Counted from the stretch's first letter, positions 17,238 to 26,830 are shown. The stretch: 64,000 bases of DNA from an uncultured Acidobacteriota bacterium (GCA_963780895.1 CAWAEG010000007.1:128289-192288); one strand, 5' to 3'. Notes: a model not told the origin generated them from the letters alone. A program made the numbers and translations.

Positions 17238-18596
17238 ATGAGCAAGCCACACGCGTCATCAGATCCGAGCCGCCGGGATTTCCTGCGTATCGGCAGTGCC
17301 GGTGTCATCGCCGGTGTCGCCCAGGCCCGTACCGACGCGGCCGCCGCCGAGCAGGCAGGCGCCGGCGCGACCGGCGGCGCCCCACCGATTGAGACAGTCC
17401 GCGTCGGCTACGTCGGCGTTGGATTGCAGGGCTCGAGCCACGTGCGCAATCTGCTCAGGATTCCGGGCTGCCGCGTGACGGCTGTCTGCGACGTGCGCGA
17501 GGAGCGAACGGACTGGGCGATCAAGGCCATCACCGAGGCCGGCCAGACGGCGCCCACCGCGTACTCACGTGGCGTGCGCGACTTCGAGCGGATGTGCGAG
17601 ACGGAGGAACTGGATCTCGTCTACAACGCCACGCCGTGGGAATGGCACGTCCCGGTGATGCTGGCGGCGATGAAGAACGGCAAACACACCGCCACCGAGG
17701 TGCCCGCGGCGATGACGCTCGACGACTGCTGGGCCCTGGTCGAGGCCGCCGACAAGTACAAGAAGCACTGCGTGATGATGGAGAACTGCAACTACGACCG
17801 GATGGAGATGATGGCCTTCAACCTCGTCCGGCAGGGCCTCTTCGGCGAGGTCCTGCACGCCGAGGGCGGCTACCTCCACGATCTGCGCGGCATCAAGTTC
17901 GAGAATCGGAACGAAGGCCTGTGGCGTCGCGCCTGGTCGATGAAGCTCGATGGCAATCCGTATCCGACGCATGGTCTGGGCCCGATCGCCAATTGCCTCG
18001 ACATCAATCGCGGTGACCGGTTCGACTATCTGACCTCGATGAGCTCGCCATCGCGCGGTCTTCAGGACTGGGCCGCCGAACACTTTCCCGCGGACGCGCC
18101 GCAGCGCAGGGAGACGTTCGTGCTCGGCGACGTCAACACCAGCCTGATCAAGACGGCGCGCGGCCGCACCATCATGGTGCAGCACTGCACGAATCTGCCG
18201 CGCCCGTACAGCCGCATCCACGTGGTGCAGGGCACCAAGGGCTTGTTTCAGGGTTATCCCCATCGCGTCTACATCGAAGGCCGCGGCAAAAACGACCAGT
18301 GGGTGCAGGCGAGCGAGATGCTCGCGGAGTTCGAGCATCCCCTGTGGAAGGAGATCGCGGCCCAGGCGGCCGGCGCCGGTCACGGCGGCATGGACTTCAT
18401 CGAGGACTATCGATTGATCAAATGTCTGCGTGAGGGCACGCCGACCGACATGGATGTGTACGACGCCGCCGCGTTGAGCGCGATTGTCGAGCTCAGCTGC
18501 CAGTCGGTCGCCCGACGCGGACGGCCCGTGGAGTGCCCGGACTTCACGCGCGGGAAGTGGCGCAATCGTCCGCCGCTGCCGATCGTGCACATGTGA
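17238..18596 (+). CDS. Tat-exported Gfo/Idh/MocA oxidoreductase (GH109-like)
   Basis: Start at ATG 17238. Twin-arginine signal SRRDFLRIGSAGV, a Rossmann VRVGYVGVGLQGSSH, and the long C-terminal domain typical of the GH109-like family. Confidence 0.85.
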   Translation: MSKPHASSDPSRRDFLRIGSAGVIAGVAQARTDAAAAEQAGAGATGGAPPIETVRVGYVGVGLQGSSHVRNLLRIPGCRVTAVCDVREERTDWAIKAITEAGQTAPTAYSRGVRDFERMCETEELDLVYNATPWEWHVPVMLAAMKNGKHTATEVPAAMTLDDCWALVEAADKYKKHCVMMENCNYDRMEMMAFNLVRQGLFGEVLHAEGGYLHDLRGIKFENRNEGLWRRAWSMKLDGNPYPTHGLGPIANCLDINRGDRFDYLTSMSSPSRGLQDWAAEHFPADAPQRRETFVLGDVNTSLIKTARGRTIMVQHCTNLPRPYSRIHVVQGTKGLFQGYPHRVYIEGRGKNDQWVQASEMLAEFEHPLWKEIAAQAAGAGHGGMDFIEDYRLIKCLREGTPTDMDVYDAAALSAIVELSCQSVARRGRPVECPDFTRGKWRNRPPLPIVHM

Positions 18597-19930
18597 CCCG
18601 CTTCGATCTGGGATTCGACCGCGTCACGCAACTCTTTTCGGACGCGGGCTTCGACGCGCCCGACGCCGAGGGTCGCGCACGCCTGCTCGTCCAGGCGTTC
18701 GACGCCTTCAGGCGATCGACGGAACGGGATCCCGCCTGGAGCTCGTTCGTGCCGGGGCGCATCGAGATCTTCGGCAAACACACCGACTATGCGGGCGGGC
18801 GATCGCTCACGTGTACGGTGCCGCGCGGCTTCCTGCTGATCGCGGCGCCGCGGGAGGATCGGCGCGTACGTGTGATCGACGCGCGCCTTGGCGAGGAAGC
18901 GGTCGTGGATCTCGACGCCCCGGCCGGCGGCGTCAGTGGGTGGTCGAGATACGCCGAGGTCGTGGCCCGTCGTCTCGCGGCTGATTTTCCCGGTGCGCCG
19001 CTGGGTGTGGAGGTCGCGCTTGCGAGCGACCTGCCTCGCGCCGCCGGGCTCAGCAGTTCGAGCGCCCTCGTCGTCGGGCTCGCAACAGCCCTGGTGCATC
19101 GCGGTCGTCTGCACATGCGGCCGGAATGGCAGGCGGCTCTGAAGACGCTGCAGGATCTGGCCGGCTACCTGGGCGCGGTCGAAAACGGCCTCACGTTCAA
19201 GACGTTCACGGGCGCGCCCGGCGTCGGCACGGACGGCGGGAGCGAGGATCACACCGCCATCCTGATGGCCCGCCGTCACGCCGTCAGCGCGTACTCATAC
19301 CTCCCGGTGCGCCGGCACGCCGATGCGGAGATGCCGCCCGACTGGCGCTTCGTGGTGGCGACGAGCGGCGTCGAAGCCGACAAGGCCGGCTCGGCGCGCG
19401 ATCAATACAACCGGGCTTCGCGCGCGACACGCGAGCTGCTCGGGCACCTGAATGCAAAGACGGGGAACGCGCACCCGCACCTGGCGGCTGCGCTCGAGGC
19501 AATCGACGACGACACGTTCGCCCGATTCCGGGCTGGTCTCGACGGAACGCTGGCTGCCAGGCTCACGCATTTCATGGCGGAAGACGCGCGCGTGTCCCAG
19601 GCGCTCGAGGCGTTTCGGCGAGCGGACCAGCCCAGCATGGAGGATCTCTCTGAGCGCTCGCAGGAGGACGCTGAGACCTTGCTCGGCAACCAGACTCCCG
19701 AGACCGTCGCGCTGGCGCGACTGGCCCGCGCGAATGGCGCCTTCGCCGCCTCCAGCTTCGGCGCCGGATTTGGCGGCAGCGTCTGGGCACTCGTCAAGGA
19801 GTCGGATGCGGCCGCGTTTGCGAGCCGGTGGGTCAAGGCCTACGCCGAGGTGTTTCCCGCGATCGCGGGTGCCATGTCCTTTGTCTGCCGGCCCGCGCCC
19901 GCCGCCATCGAGATCGTGATTGATGAGTGA
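18593..19930 (+). CDS. galactokinase-like GHMP kinase
   Basis: The GTG at 18593 overlaps the upstream TGA (GTGA). Carries GRIEIFGKHTDYAGG (galactokinase signature-like) and DLPRAAGLSSSSALVV (GHMP motif). Confidence 0.8.
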   Translation: MTRFDLGFDRVTQLFSDAGFDAPDAEGRARLLVQAFDAFRRSTERDPAWSSFVPGRIEIFGKHTDYAGGRSLTCTVPRGFLLIAAPREDRRVRVIDARLGEEAVVDLDAPAGGVSGWSRYAEVVARRLAADFPGAPLGVEVALASDLPRAAGLSSSSALVVGLATALVHRGRLHMRPEWQAALKTLQDLAGYLGAVENGLTFKTFTGAPGVGTDGGSEDHTAILMARRHAVSAYSYLPVRRHADAEMPPDWRFVVATSGVEADKAGSARDQYNRASRATRELLGHLNAKTGNAHPHLAAALEAIDDDTFARFRAGLDGTLAARLTHFMAEDARVSQALEAFRRADQPSMEDLSERSQEDAETLLGNQTPETVALARLARANGAFAASSFGAGFGGSVWALVKESDAAAFASRWVKAYAEVFPAIAGAMSFVCRPAPAAIEIVIDE

Positions 19931-21050
19931 GGTCTTGATGCGCCTGTCAGATAGGATGCCCGGCGTGATCGGACGACGGCTCGTGATCGCGCTGGGCGCC
20001 GCGCTGCTAATCCACGCGCCAGCCGAGCCCGCCGCTGCGCACCCCGTCCCGTTCAGCTACTTCGATCTTCGGCTCCACCCAGGCGCGCTCGAGGGCTCGC
20101 TCGTCGTCCACATTCTCGACGTCGCGCACGATCTGAATCTTCCGGCCGCCGATCGGCTGCTCGATCCGGCGTTTGCGGCGCAGCAGGCCGACGCGATCGC
20201 GAAACTGTTCCAGGGCCGGCTCTCTGTGAGGTCTGGCGGCGCCGAGCTGAACCCGCAGTGGACGGGACTCGAAGTCTTACCCGATCGCCAGTCGGTGCGG
20301 CTGCGCCTTCGATTCCCGATGGCCCAGGCGGCCGCGGCCGTGACGATCGACGCGCACCTCTTTCCGTACGATCCCAATCACAAGACGTTCGTGAACGTCT
20401 ACGAAGGCGGGGAACTCACGCAGGCGATCCTCGATCGCGGCCGGACGCGCTTCGAGTACTTCGCAGGCACGCGGCAGGGAGTCTGGGCGGTCGCTCAACG
20501 TTTCGGGGCGTCCGGAGTGCACCACATCCTGATCGGCCCCGACCATCTCCTGTTTCTCGTCGGTCTGTTGCTTCCGGGCGGATCGATCAAGCGATTGGCC
20601 CTGATTGTCACCGCGTTCACGGTCGCGCACAGCGTCACGCTCTCGCTGGCGGTCCTGCGCGTCGTGACCCCACCGGAGCGGATCATCGAACCGGCAATCG
20701 CGCTGAGCATCGTCTATGTCGGGCTCGACAACCTGCTGGTCCGGTCCGGCCGCGATCTGCGAGTCTGGATTGCGTTCGCATTCGGCTTCATCCATGGGTT
20801 CGGCTTCGCCAACGTATTGAGCGACATGGACTTGCCCTCGCGTGCGCTCGGGTGGACGCTGGGATCGTTCAACCTGGGGGTGGAAGCGGGGCAGTTGCTG
20901 GTGGTCGTCTGTGCCGCGAGCGCGCTCGCGGCGCTCCGGTCCTGGAACGCGAAACTGGGCCGCCAGATCGCGGTGGCCGGGTCGGTCGTCGTGATGGCGG
21001 CAGGTGCGTTTTGGTTCGTGGAACGGCTATTCTTTCCCGGGGGGATCTGA
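19923..21050 (+). CDS. HupE/UreJ-family membrane protein
   Basis: Signal peptide, then GVHHILIGPDHLLFLVGLLL, FTVAHSVTLSLA and FGFIHGFGFANVL. The start is uncertain (ATG 19923, 19938 or 19956). Confidence 0.8.
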   Translation: MSEVLMRLSDRMPGVIGRRLVIALGAALLIHAPAEPAAAHPVPFSYFDLRLHPGALEGSLVVHILDVAHDLNLPAADRLLDPAFAAQQADAIAKLFQGRLSVRSGGAELNPQWTGLEVLPDRQSVRLRLRFPMAQAAAAVTIDAHLFPYDPNHKTFVNVYEGGELTQAILDRGRTRFEYFAGTRQGVWAVAQRFGASGVHHILIGPDHLLFLVGLLLPGGSIKRLALIVTAFTVAHSVTLSLAVLRVVTPPERIIEPAIALSIVYVGLDNLLVRSGRDLRVWIAFAFGFIHGFGFANVLSDMDLPSRALGWTLGSFNLGVEAGQLLVVVCAASALAALRSWNAKLGRQIAVAGSVVVMAAGAFWFVERLFFPGGI

Positions 21051-21943
21051 TGAAGCGCGCAGTGATTCTCGGCACGGTGCTGGCTGTGGGCACCCTCTCC
21101 ATTGGGGTCTCGGCGATCCGCGCGCAGCAGCAGCCGGGCGTGATCACCGTGGACAAGATCAAGGACAACCTGTTCGTCTTGAGGGGCGGCGGCGGCAACA
21201 CAGCCGTGTTCGTCGCGGCGGACGGGGTCGTGGTCGTGGATGCGAAGAATCCGGGCTGGGGCGCACGCATCCTCGAGAAGGTGAAAGAGCTCACGCCCAA
21301 GCCGGTCACGCTCGTGATCAACACCCACACCCACGGCGATCACGTGAGCGGCAACGTCGAGTTCCCGGCGACGGTCGACGTGGTGACGCACGAGAACACG
21401 AAAGTCAACATGGAGAAGCTCGACATCTTCAAGCAGAACAACAACCAGGGGATGGCGAAGCGGACCTTCAAGGATCGAATGACGATCGGGAAGGGCGCCG
21501 ATCAGATCGATCTCTACTATTTCGGCCCGGGCCACACGAACGGCGACGCGTGGGTCGTCTTCACCGCCCTCGGAACGGTTCACGCGGGCGACATCTTCGC
21601 GAACAAAGGGCTCCCGAACGTCGATGGGGCCAACGGCGGCAGCGTGCTGCAGTATCCGAGCACATTGAACAAAGCGCATGCCGGCATCAAAGGCGTCGAC
21701 ATCGTGATCAACGGCCACGCACCGACGCAGTCGACGTGGGCGGATCTGAAAACGTTCGCCGAATTCAATCAGGACTTCCTGACGTGGGCCCAGGCCGAAC
21801 TGAAGTCCGGTAAGACGCCCGAAGATGCGGCCGCCGGATGGAAGGTGCCGGAAAAATACACGGGCTACTCGAGCCAGGCCCCGACGATCTTCGGCGGGCT
21901 GGCCGGACGACTGACGCTGCTGGCCCAGGAAATGAAAAAGTAA
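21050..21943 (+). CDS. secreted MBL-fold metallo-hydrolase
   Basis: The ATG at 21050 overlaps the hupE-like stop (ATGA). Signal peptide MKRAVILGTVLAVG and an HxHxDH motif in NTHTHGDHVSGN. The upstream part of track ORF 20258..21943 is out of frame over hupE. Confidence 0.85.
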   Translation: MKRAVILGTVLAVGTLSIGVSAIRAQQQPGVITVDKIKDNLFVLRGGGGNTAVFVAADGVVVVDAKNPGWGARILEKVKELTPKPVTLVINTHTHGDHVSGNVEFPATVDVVTHENTKVNMEKLDIFKQNNNQGMAKRTFKDRMTIGKGADQIDLYYFGPGHTNGDAWVVFTALGTVHAGDIFANKGLPNVDGANGGSVLQYPSTLNKAHAGIKGVDIVINGHAPTQSTWADLKTFAEFNQDFLTWAQAELKSGKTPEDAAAGWKVPEKYTGYSSQAPTIFGGLAGRLTLLAQEMKK

Positions 21944-21968
21944 CGCGCATTCATCACGGAGAGACGCG

Positions 21969-23963
21969 ATGGGTCGAACGACACGGTCGGCGGGATTCGT
22001 CATCATCGTTGGCGCGCTGGTGGTCGTGGCGGGATGGGCGGCCGCGGCCCGGCAGTCGGCCCCGCCGAACGGCGGATGGCCGTCGATCGGCGGCGACGCC
22101 GCCAACCAGCGCTACACGCGGTTCAATCAGATCACGCCGCAGAACTTCGACAAGCTCGAAGTCGCGTGGGAGTGGAACGGCGCGAGCTTCGGCGACGTGC
22201 TCGCGCGGCCGATCCCGATTTACGTCGACGGGATGCTCATCACGGTCGCAGGCGATCGCCGGTACGTCGTCGCGATGGACGCCGGCACCGGTGAAACGCT
22301 CTGGACGTTCCGGGAGCCGTCCACCTTCCGCTGGGAATACTCGATGCGGAAGAATCACGGCAAGGGCGTGGCCTACGCCAACATCGGCGCCCGCGACGTC
22401 GTGTACGTCGTCACGCCGGCGTTCTTCCTGCACGCGCTCGACGCGCATACCGGCCAGCCGCTCGAGGGCTTCGGCGGCGCGGTGCCACTGAAGGGATTTC
22501 CGAAAACCGGGACGGTCGATCTGTTGAAGGACCTCGGTCACCCGTACGATCCGGACAAAGGCATCCCGCTCGAGAAGGGCTACATCACGAGCTCGTCGCC
22601 GGCTATCGTCGTCAACGGCGTCATCATCGTCGGCAACTCCGCCGAGCAGGGCTACAATCAGTCGCGGCACGAAAACGTGCCGGGCGACATCCTCGCCTAC
22701 GACGCGCGGACCGGGAAGTTCCTCTGGAAGTTCCGCGTGCTGCCGCGGCCGGGCGAGTTCGGCCACGACACGTGGGAAAACGACGCCTGGAAAACGACCG
22801 GCGATATTTCGTCCTGGGCGCCGCTCGCGGCCGACGCCGAACGGGGACTGGTCTTCGTCCCGACCAACGGCGCGACGATGGACTTCTGGGGCGGATTCCG
22901 GCCGGGCCACAACCTCTTCAGCACGAGCCTGATCGCGCTCGACGTGAAGACCGGCAAACGCGTCTGGCACTATCAGCTCGTCCACCACGACATCTGGAAC
23001 TACGACACGTCCACCGCGCCGGTGCTGATGGACGTCACCGTCAACGGACGGCGCATTCCGGCGGTCGCGCAGGTCACCAAGCAGGCGTGGGTCTACGCGT
23101 TCAACCGCGCGACGGGCGATCCGCTGTGGCCGATCGAAGAGCGTCCGGTCCCACAGTCGAAGATTCCCGGCGAACAGCTCGCCAAGACGCAGCCGCACCC
23201 GACGAAGCCAGCCGCGTACGACATGCAGGGGCTGAGCGTGAACGACCTGATCGATTACACGCCGGCGCTCCGGGCCGAGGCGTTGAAGGTGCTGGAGAAG
23301 TTCGACTACGGTCCGATGTTCTACCCGCCGCTGCACCGGGACAACGATCTCGGGAAAGTCGCCGCGGTCTGGTGTCCGGGCGATGTGGGCGGGACGAACA
23401 TTGACGGCACGCCGGCGGTCGATCCCGAAGCCGGGATTCTCTATGTCCCCTCACAGAAGGGCTGCTCGTCACGCCTGATGGTGCCTGGCGCCGAGCGCGA
23501 CAAGCAGGTCCAGCTGCCGACCGGTACCACGATCGCGAAGTACGCGGCCGCCGGCTCCGCCGGCGCCTTGACCGTGCAGGGCCTCCCGATCTACAAACCG
23601 CCGTACAGCAAGATCACCGCGATCGACATGAACACCGGTGAACATCTGTGGTCGATTCCGATTGGGTACACACCTGACCGGATCCTCAAACACGCAGCGC
23701 TCAAGGGTGCCGAGCTCCCCAACACCGGCACGGGCCGGCAGTCACCGATCATCGTGACGCCGACGATGCTGTTGTATTCGGGCGAAACGAGCGACGGCAC
23801 GCCGCACGTCTTTGCCGTCGACAAGCGGACGGGCAAGGAGCTTGGGAGGGTGAAAGTGCCGCGCCAGGTGCGCTACGGGATGATGACCTACATGCACGCC
23901 GGCAAGCAGTATCTCGTCGTGCAGATGAATGGCGGGATCGCGGCGTTACGACTCAAACAATAA
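21969..23963 (+). CDS. PQQ-dependent dehydrogenase (quinoprotein beta-propeller)
   Basis: 664 aa. The N-terminus GGDAANQRYTRFNQITPQNFDKLEVAWEW and repeated W-rich propeller blades are typical of the quinoprotein glucose/alcohol dehydrogenase family. Confidence 0.85.
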   Translation: MGRTTRSAGFVIIVGALVVVAGWAAAARQSAPPNGGWPSIGGDAANQRYTRFNQITPQNFDKLEVAWEWNGASFGDVLARPIPIYVDGMLITVAGDRRYVVAMDAGTGETLWTFREPSTFRWEYSMRKNHGKGVAYANIGARDVVYVVTPAFFLHALDAHTGQPLEGFGGAVPLKGFPKTGTVDLLKDLGHPYDPDKGIPLEKGYITSSSPAIVVNGVIIVGNSAEQGYNQSRHENVPGDILAYDARTGKFLWKFRVLPRPGEFGHDTWENDAWKTTGDISSWAPLAADAERGLVFVPTNGATMDFWGGFRPGHNLFSTSLIALDVKTGKRVWHYQLVHHDIWNYDTSTAPVLMDVTVNGRRIPAVAQVTKQAWVYAFNRATGDPLWPIEERPVPQSKIPGEQLAKTQPHPTKPAAYDMQGLSVNDLIDYTPALRAEALKVLEKFDYGPMFYPPLHRDNDLGKVAAVWCPGDVGGTNIDGTPAVDPEAGILYVPSQKGCSSRLMVPGAERDKQVQLPTGTTIAKYAAAGSAGALTVQGLPIYKPPYSKITAIDMNTGEHLWSIPIGYTPDRILKHAALKGAELPNTGTGRQSPIIVTPTMLLYSGETSDGTPHVFAVDKRTGKELGRVKVPRQVRYGMMTYMHAGKQYLVVQMNGGIAALRLKQ

Positions 23964-24271
23964 AGCGCTTCTGAAAAGCTTGGGTCGGTACGACCGGTCT
24001 GGAAAGCGCTCGTCGGTACGACGGGACCTGAAAAGCGCCCGTCGGTACGGCGGGTACGCGGAACCTGAAGCTTGTCATCTTCTTTGGTTGGATTCTGACG
24101 CGCCCGTCGAGCGGGCCTTAAGTCCTGCGTGTGAAGACGAACCAACCCAAAAAAAGATGACGAGCGTCAGTTCATTCCTGGGACCCGCCGTACCGACGAG
24201 CGCTTTTCAGACCCGTCGTACCGACATGTGCTTTCCAGACCCATCGTACCGACGAGCGCTTTTTAGAAGCG
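23963..24271. repeat. family B long palindrome (~310 bp, three ~30-bp units per arm), between convergent genes
   Basis: The left arm gcgcttctgaaaagc..ggtcggtacgaccggtctggaaagcgctcgtcggtacgacgggacctgaaaagcgcccgtcggtacggcgggt mirrors the right arm acccgccgtaccgacgagcgcttttcagacccgtcgtaccgacatgtgctttccagacccatcgtaccgacgagcgctttttagaagcg. Inner arms (cttgtcatcttctttggttgg / ccaacccaaaaaaagatgacgag) are also paired. Confidence 0.85.
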
Positions 24272-24275
24272 TTTC

Positions 24276-24752
24276 TTACCCAGCGAACCGCCGCCGCTCG
24301 AGGAACCCCATCTCCTGGCGGAATCGCTCGATGCGAGCGCGTTCGGCTCTCAGGTACTCGCACGCCTCGTGGATCTTCTGCGGCGACATCCCCGGCCGGC
24401 GGGCGATGTCCTCGCCCCACGCGATCAGGTTCTCATAGCCCGAGACAATGGCGAGGACCTCGCGACGTTCGATCTCCGTCAGGCCGCGCCAGCGTTCGTC
24501 ATCGGGGCCGTCGCCGGGCTGCCATTCGCTGATAGGCGACGGGATCGCAGTCAGGATTCGCGCGTGCTCGGTCAGCTCATCGACGAGCTCGCAGATGGCC
24601 TCCCCAAGCGTCGAGTCGTGTCGCTCGTCGCCCGTGTCGAGCAACGGAACGCCATCCGGGTCGCCGGGAGACTGAAGAAGACGCTGCAGGAGCAGCAACC
24701 GCCGATGCATCCGCCCGACGCGGTCCTTCAGACTCGGATCGGCGCTCCTCAT
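24276..24752 (-). CDS. hypothetical protein (158 aa)
   Basis: Ordinary composition and acidic. No recognised motif and no SD. Lies downstream of the haem peroxidase gene on the same strand. Confidence 0.5.
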   Translation of the reverse strand: MRSADPSLKDRVGRMHRRLLLLQRLLQSPGDPDGVPLLDTGDERHDSTLGEAICELVDELTEHARILTAIPSPISEWQPGDGPDDERWRGLTEIERREVLAIVSGYENLIAWGEDIARRPGMSPQKIHEACEYLRAERARIERFRQEMGFLERRRFAG

Positions 24753-24832
24753 TTTTTTAGGGCGTGCTGCACCGGCGTCCGACGAGCGGTCACAGAGGCC
24801 GCCGGCGAGAGCCGGACGCGGGGATTATACGC

Positions 24833-24900
24833 TCATCCTCGCGGTTTCCACGTCTGAAACGCGTTTTCGACGCCAGCAGCGGAAGACACGTTCAGGCAGG
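24833..24900 (-). pseudogene. duplicated 3'-end stub of the adjacent haem peroxidase gene
   Basis: The minus-strand translation ...LNVSSAAGVENAFQTWKPRG* parallels the true C-terminus ...VKPALQGVENAFAPWKPRG* (24922-). DNA identity is visible in ctcgcggtttcca..g.aaacgc.tt.tcgac. Confidence 0.55.
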
Positions 24901-24921
24901 CGAGCCCGCCGATGGTACCCG

Positions 24922-26709
24922 TCACCCTCGCGGTTTCCATGGCGCAAACGCATTCTCGACACCCTGCAGCGCCGGTTTGACCTCCGGGACGTGCCTCGCG
25001 AGCAGCGCCAGCATCGTCGTCTTCGTGATGTAGTCGGTGCCGAACTCCGTGTAGAGCCTGGCGCCGTAGTCGTCTGTGAAGAAGCGGTCGCTCTTCAGGC
25101 GGCGTGACGCCATCAGGACGAAGATCCGAAACGCCGTGTCGCTGAAGCCGAAGCCATCCGGCAGCGGCTCGGCGAAGAGCCCGGTCATCAGGTCCACCAT
25201 CTCGATGTTGTTCTCGTAGACCTTCTTGATCTGCTTGCGCCACTCCGGGTTGTCGGTGATCTCGTCGAACGACGCCAGCGGCTCCTTGTGCACCAGGCGG
25301 CGGAACTGGTTGTAGCGGGGCACGCCGCGCTCGCGGTCTCGGAGGATGTCCACCGCCGCCAGATCGAAACGCTCGCCGTTGTCACGCGTCAGGTTCTGCA
25401 GGTGCTTCGGATAGTTGTGAAGCGTGATGGCGCCGGGGTGTGACACGCCGAACGTATAGAACAGGTCCGCCATCGAGTGCCGCTCGACGACCGCCCGCGT
25501 CTTGCGCCCGGCGATGTCCGGCAGCGACCGGCGGTCGATTTCGCCGCCGGTCGCGTTCGATCGGAACACCACTTCGTCCGGGATGAGCGGGTGCATGCGA
25601 TAGACGGCGACGAATTCCTCGGTCAGCGAGTAGGGCGCCGTGTGATGGTCGGCTTTCGATCCGATGATGCCGCCCAGCAGCTCGTCGTCGCCGATGAAGG
25701 CGAAGACCTCCTGCAGGTCCGGGTTCACCAGCCCGTTCCAATTCGTATTCATCGCCATCTTCACGACGGGGTGGGGAAGGATCGCGGGCGTCCATTCGAC
25801 GGTGTGAATCTTGGCCATCAGCGCCGAGTTGATGAGCTTCGCCGTCGCGAAGAGCTGGTTGTCGGTCCAGCCGCGATTGAGCTTCGCCAGCTCGTCGCAC
25901 AGGTAGTTGTGCTCGAGCGCGAAGAGCGTGTGCAGCATCGACAGGCCAATCCACCAGTTGTCGGTGAAGCCGGTGCAGTCGAGCCCGGTGGCCGGATCGA
26001 CCGGGAGCAGCTTCCCGGACGCTTCCATCATCAGCTTGCCGCCCTGGCCGCTGCGGAGGCTGGCGGCCACAGCGGTCTCGCAGCCGTACACCTGCGACGC
26101 GTCCCACCAGTGGCTGTTGCTGTTGGTGTACGCGGGCGGACGCGTGGAGCCGGCCGGCCCCGGATCGGGCACGCTCCGACCGACCTGCATTTTGCCGCCC
26201 TGCCAGTCGTCGCCTGGCGCCAGCGGGATCTCAATCCCATCGGCGGGCGCGGACTTCTTGTGCACGAACCAGTCGTGGACCATGAACTGAATCCACGACG
26301 CGGCCATCAGGTTGAGGATGGTCGCGGGCTTGAACTCGTCGCGCGTCATCAGCTCACGGCTCACGATGCGCGGATTCGGAACCAGCAGGTTGGCGGTATC
26401 GGGGAAGACATGCTCGAGCGGGACGTTCCGCCCGAACCGCCGGCCCGCACTGCCCATCGCCGGATACTGCAGGTCGTTGTGTGTCCCCTCGATCGTGCGC
26501 TCGTTGCGCAACGCCGGATCGAGATCGGCGGGGATCGGCTTTTTCTCGAGCGCCGGCTCCTCAGTGTCGTGCAGATTCTTGGCGCGAAGCTCGTTGCGGA
26601 TCTCGATGAGCCTGGGCATCGCGAGCAGATCCGGCAGCTTGTACCAGGGTCGGCGATTCTGCAGGAAGCTTCCGATACGGCCGAGCAGCGTCTCGTCGGG
26701 CATGGGCAT
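24922..26709 (-). CDS. haem peroxidase-cyclooxygenase superfamily protein, alpha-dioxygenase-like fatty-acid dioxygenase
   Basis: 595 aa. WIQFMVHDWFVH (distal His region) and EEFVAVYRMHPLIPDE (the YRMH Tyr/His pair) match motifs I recall from plant alpha-DOX and bacterial homologues. Confidence 0.8.
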   Translation of the reverse strand: MPMPDETLLGRIGSFLQNRRPWYKLPDLLAMPRLIEIRNELRAKNLHDTEEPALEKKPIPADLDPALRNERTIEGTHNDLQYPAMGSAGRRFGRNVPLEHVFPDTANLLVPNPRIVSRELMTRDEFKPATILNLMAASWIQFMVHDWFVHKKSAPADGIEIPLAPGDDWQGGKMQVGRSVPDPGPAGSTRPPAYTNSNSHWWDASQVYGCETAVAASLRSGQGGKLMMEASGKLLPVDPATGLDCTGFTDNWWIGLSMLHTLFALEHNYLCDELAKLNRGWTDNQLFATAKLINSALMAKIHTVEWTPAILPHPVVKMAMNTNWNGLVNPDLQEVFAFIGDDELLGGIIGSKADHHTAPYSLTEEFVAVYRMHPLIPDEVVFRSNATGGEIDRRSLPDIAGRKTRAVVERHSMADLFYTFGVSHPGAITLHNYPKHLQNLTRDNGERFDLAAVDILRDRERGVPRYNQFRRLVHKEPLASFDEITDNPEWRKQIKKVYENNIEMVDLMTGLFAEPLPDGFGFSDTAFRIFVLMASRRLKSDRFFTDDYGARLYTEFGTDYITKTTMLALLARHVPEVKPALQGVENAFAPWKPRG

Positions 26710-26774
26710 CCCTCGAATTGCGCCGCGAAGAGCTGAGAAGGGAGGCGGAAAAGTCTGGCACGCAAACGCAGCAG

Positions 26775-26830
26775 AGTCAAAGGGTGATGTCGTACCGACA
26801 AGTGCTTTCCACTCCTATCGTACCGACTGC
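26775..26830. repeat. family B dispersed repeat, short copy
   Basis: gtcgtaccgacaagtgctttccactcctatcgtaccgac lies in the divergent region between the peroxidase and CHAT genes. Confidence 0.65.

Noticed and set aside
20714-23336. Two long minus-strand ORFs (20714..22105, 21954..23336)
   Set aside because: They are antisense to the HupE, MBL and PQQ-dehydrogenase genes, which carry clear family motifs. Composition is low-complexity and R/H/D/V-rich.
23888-24438. ORFs across 23888..24438 (e.g. MTSVSSFLGPAVPTSAFQ...) as coding genes
   Set aside because: They are translations of the family B palindrome. Similar peptide strings recur wherever the repeat recurs (17112, 26780), which indicates DNA-level rather than protein-level conservation.
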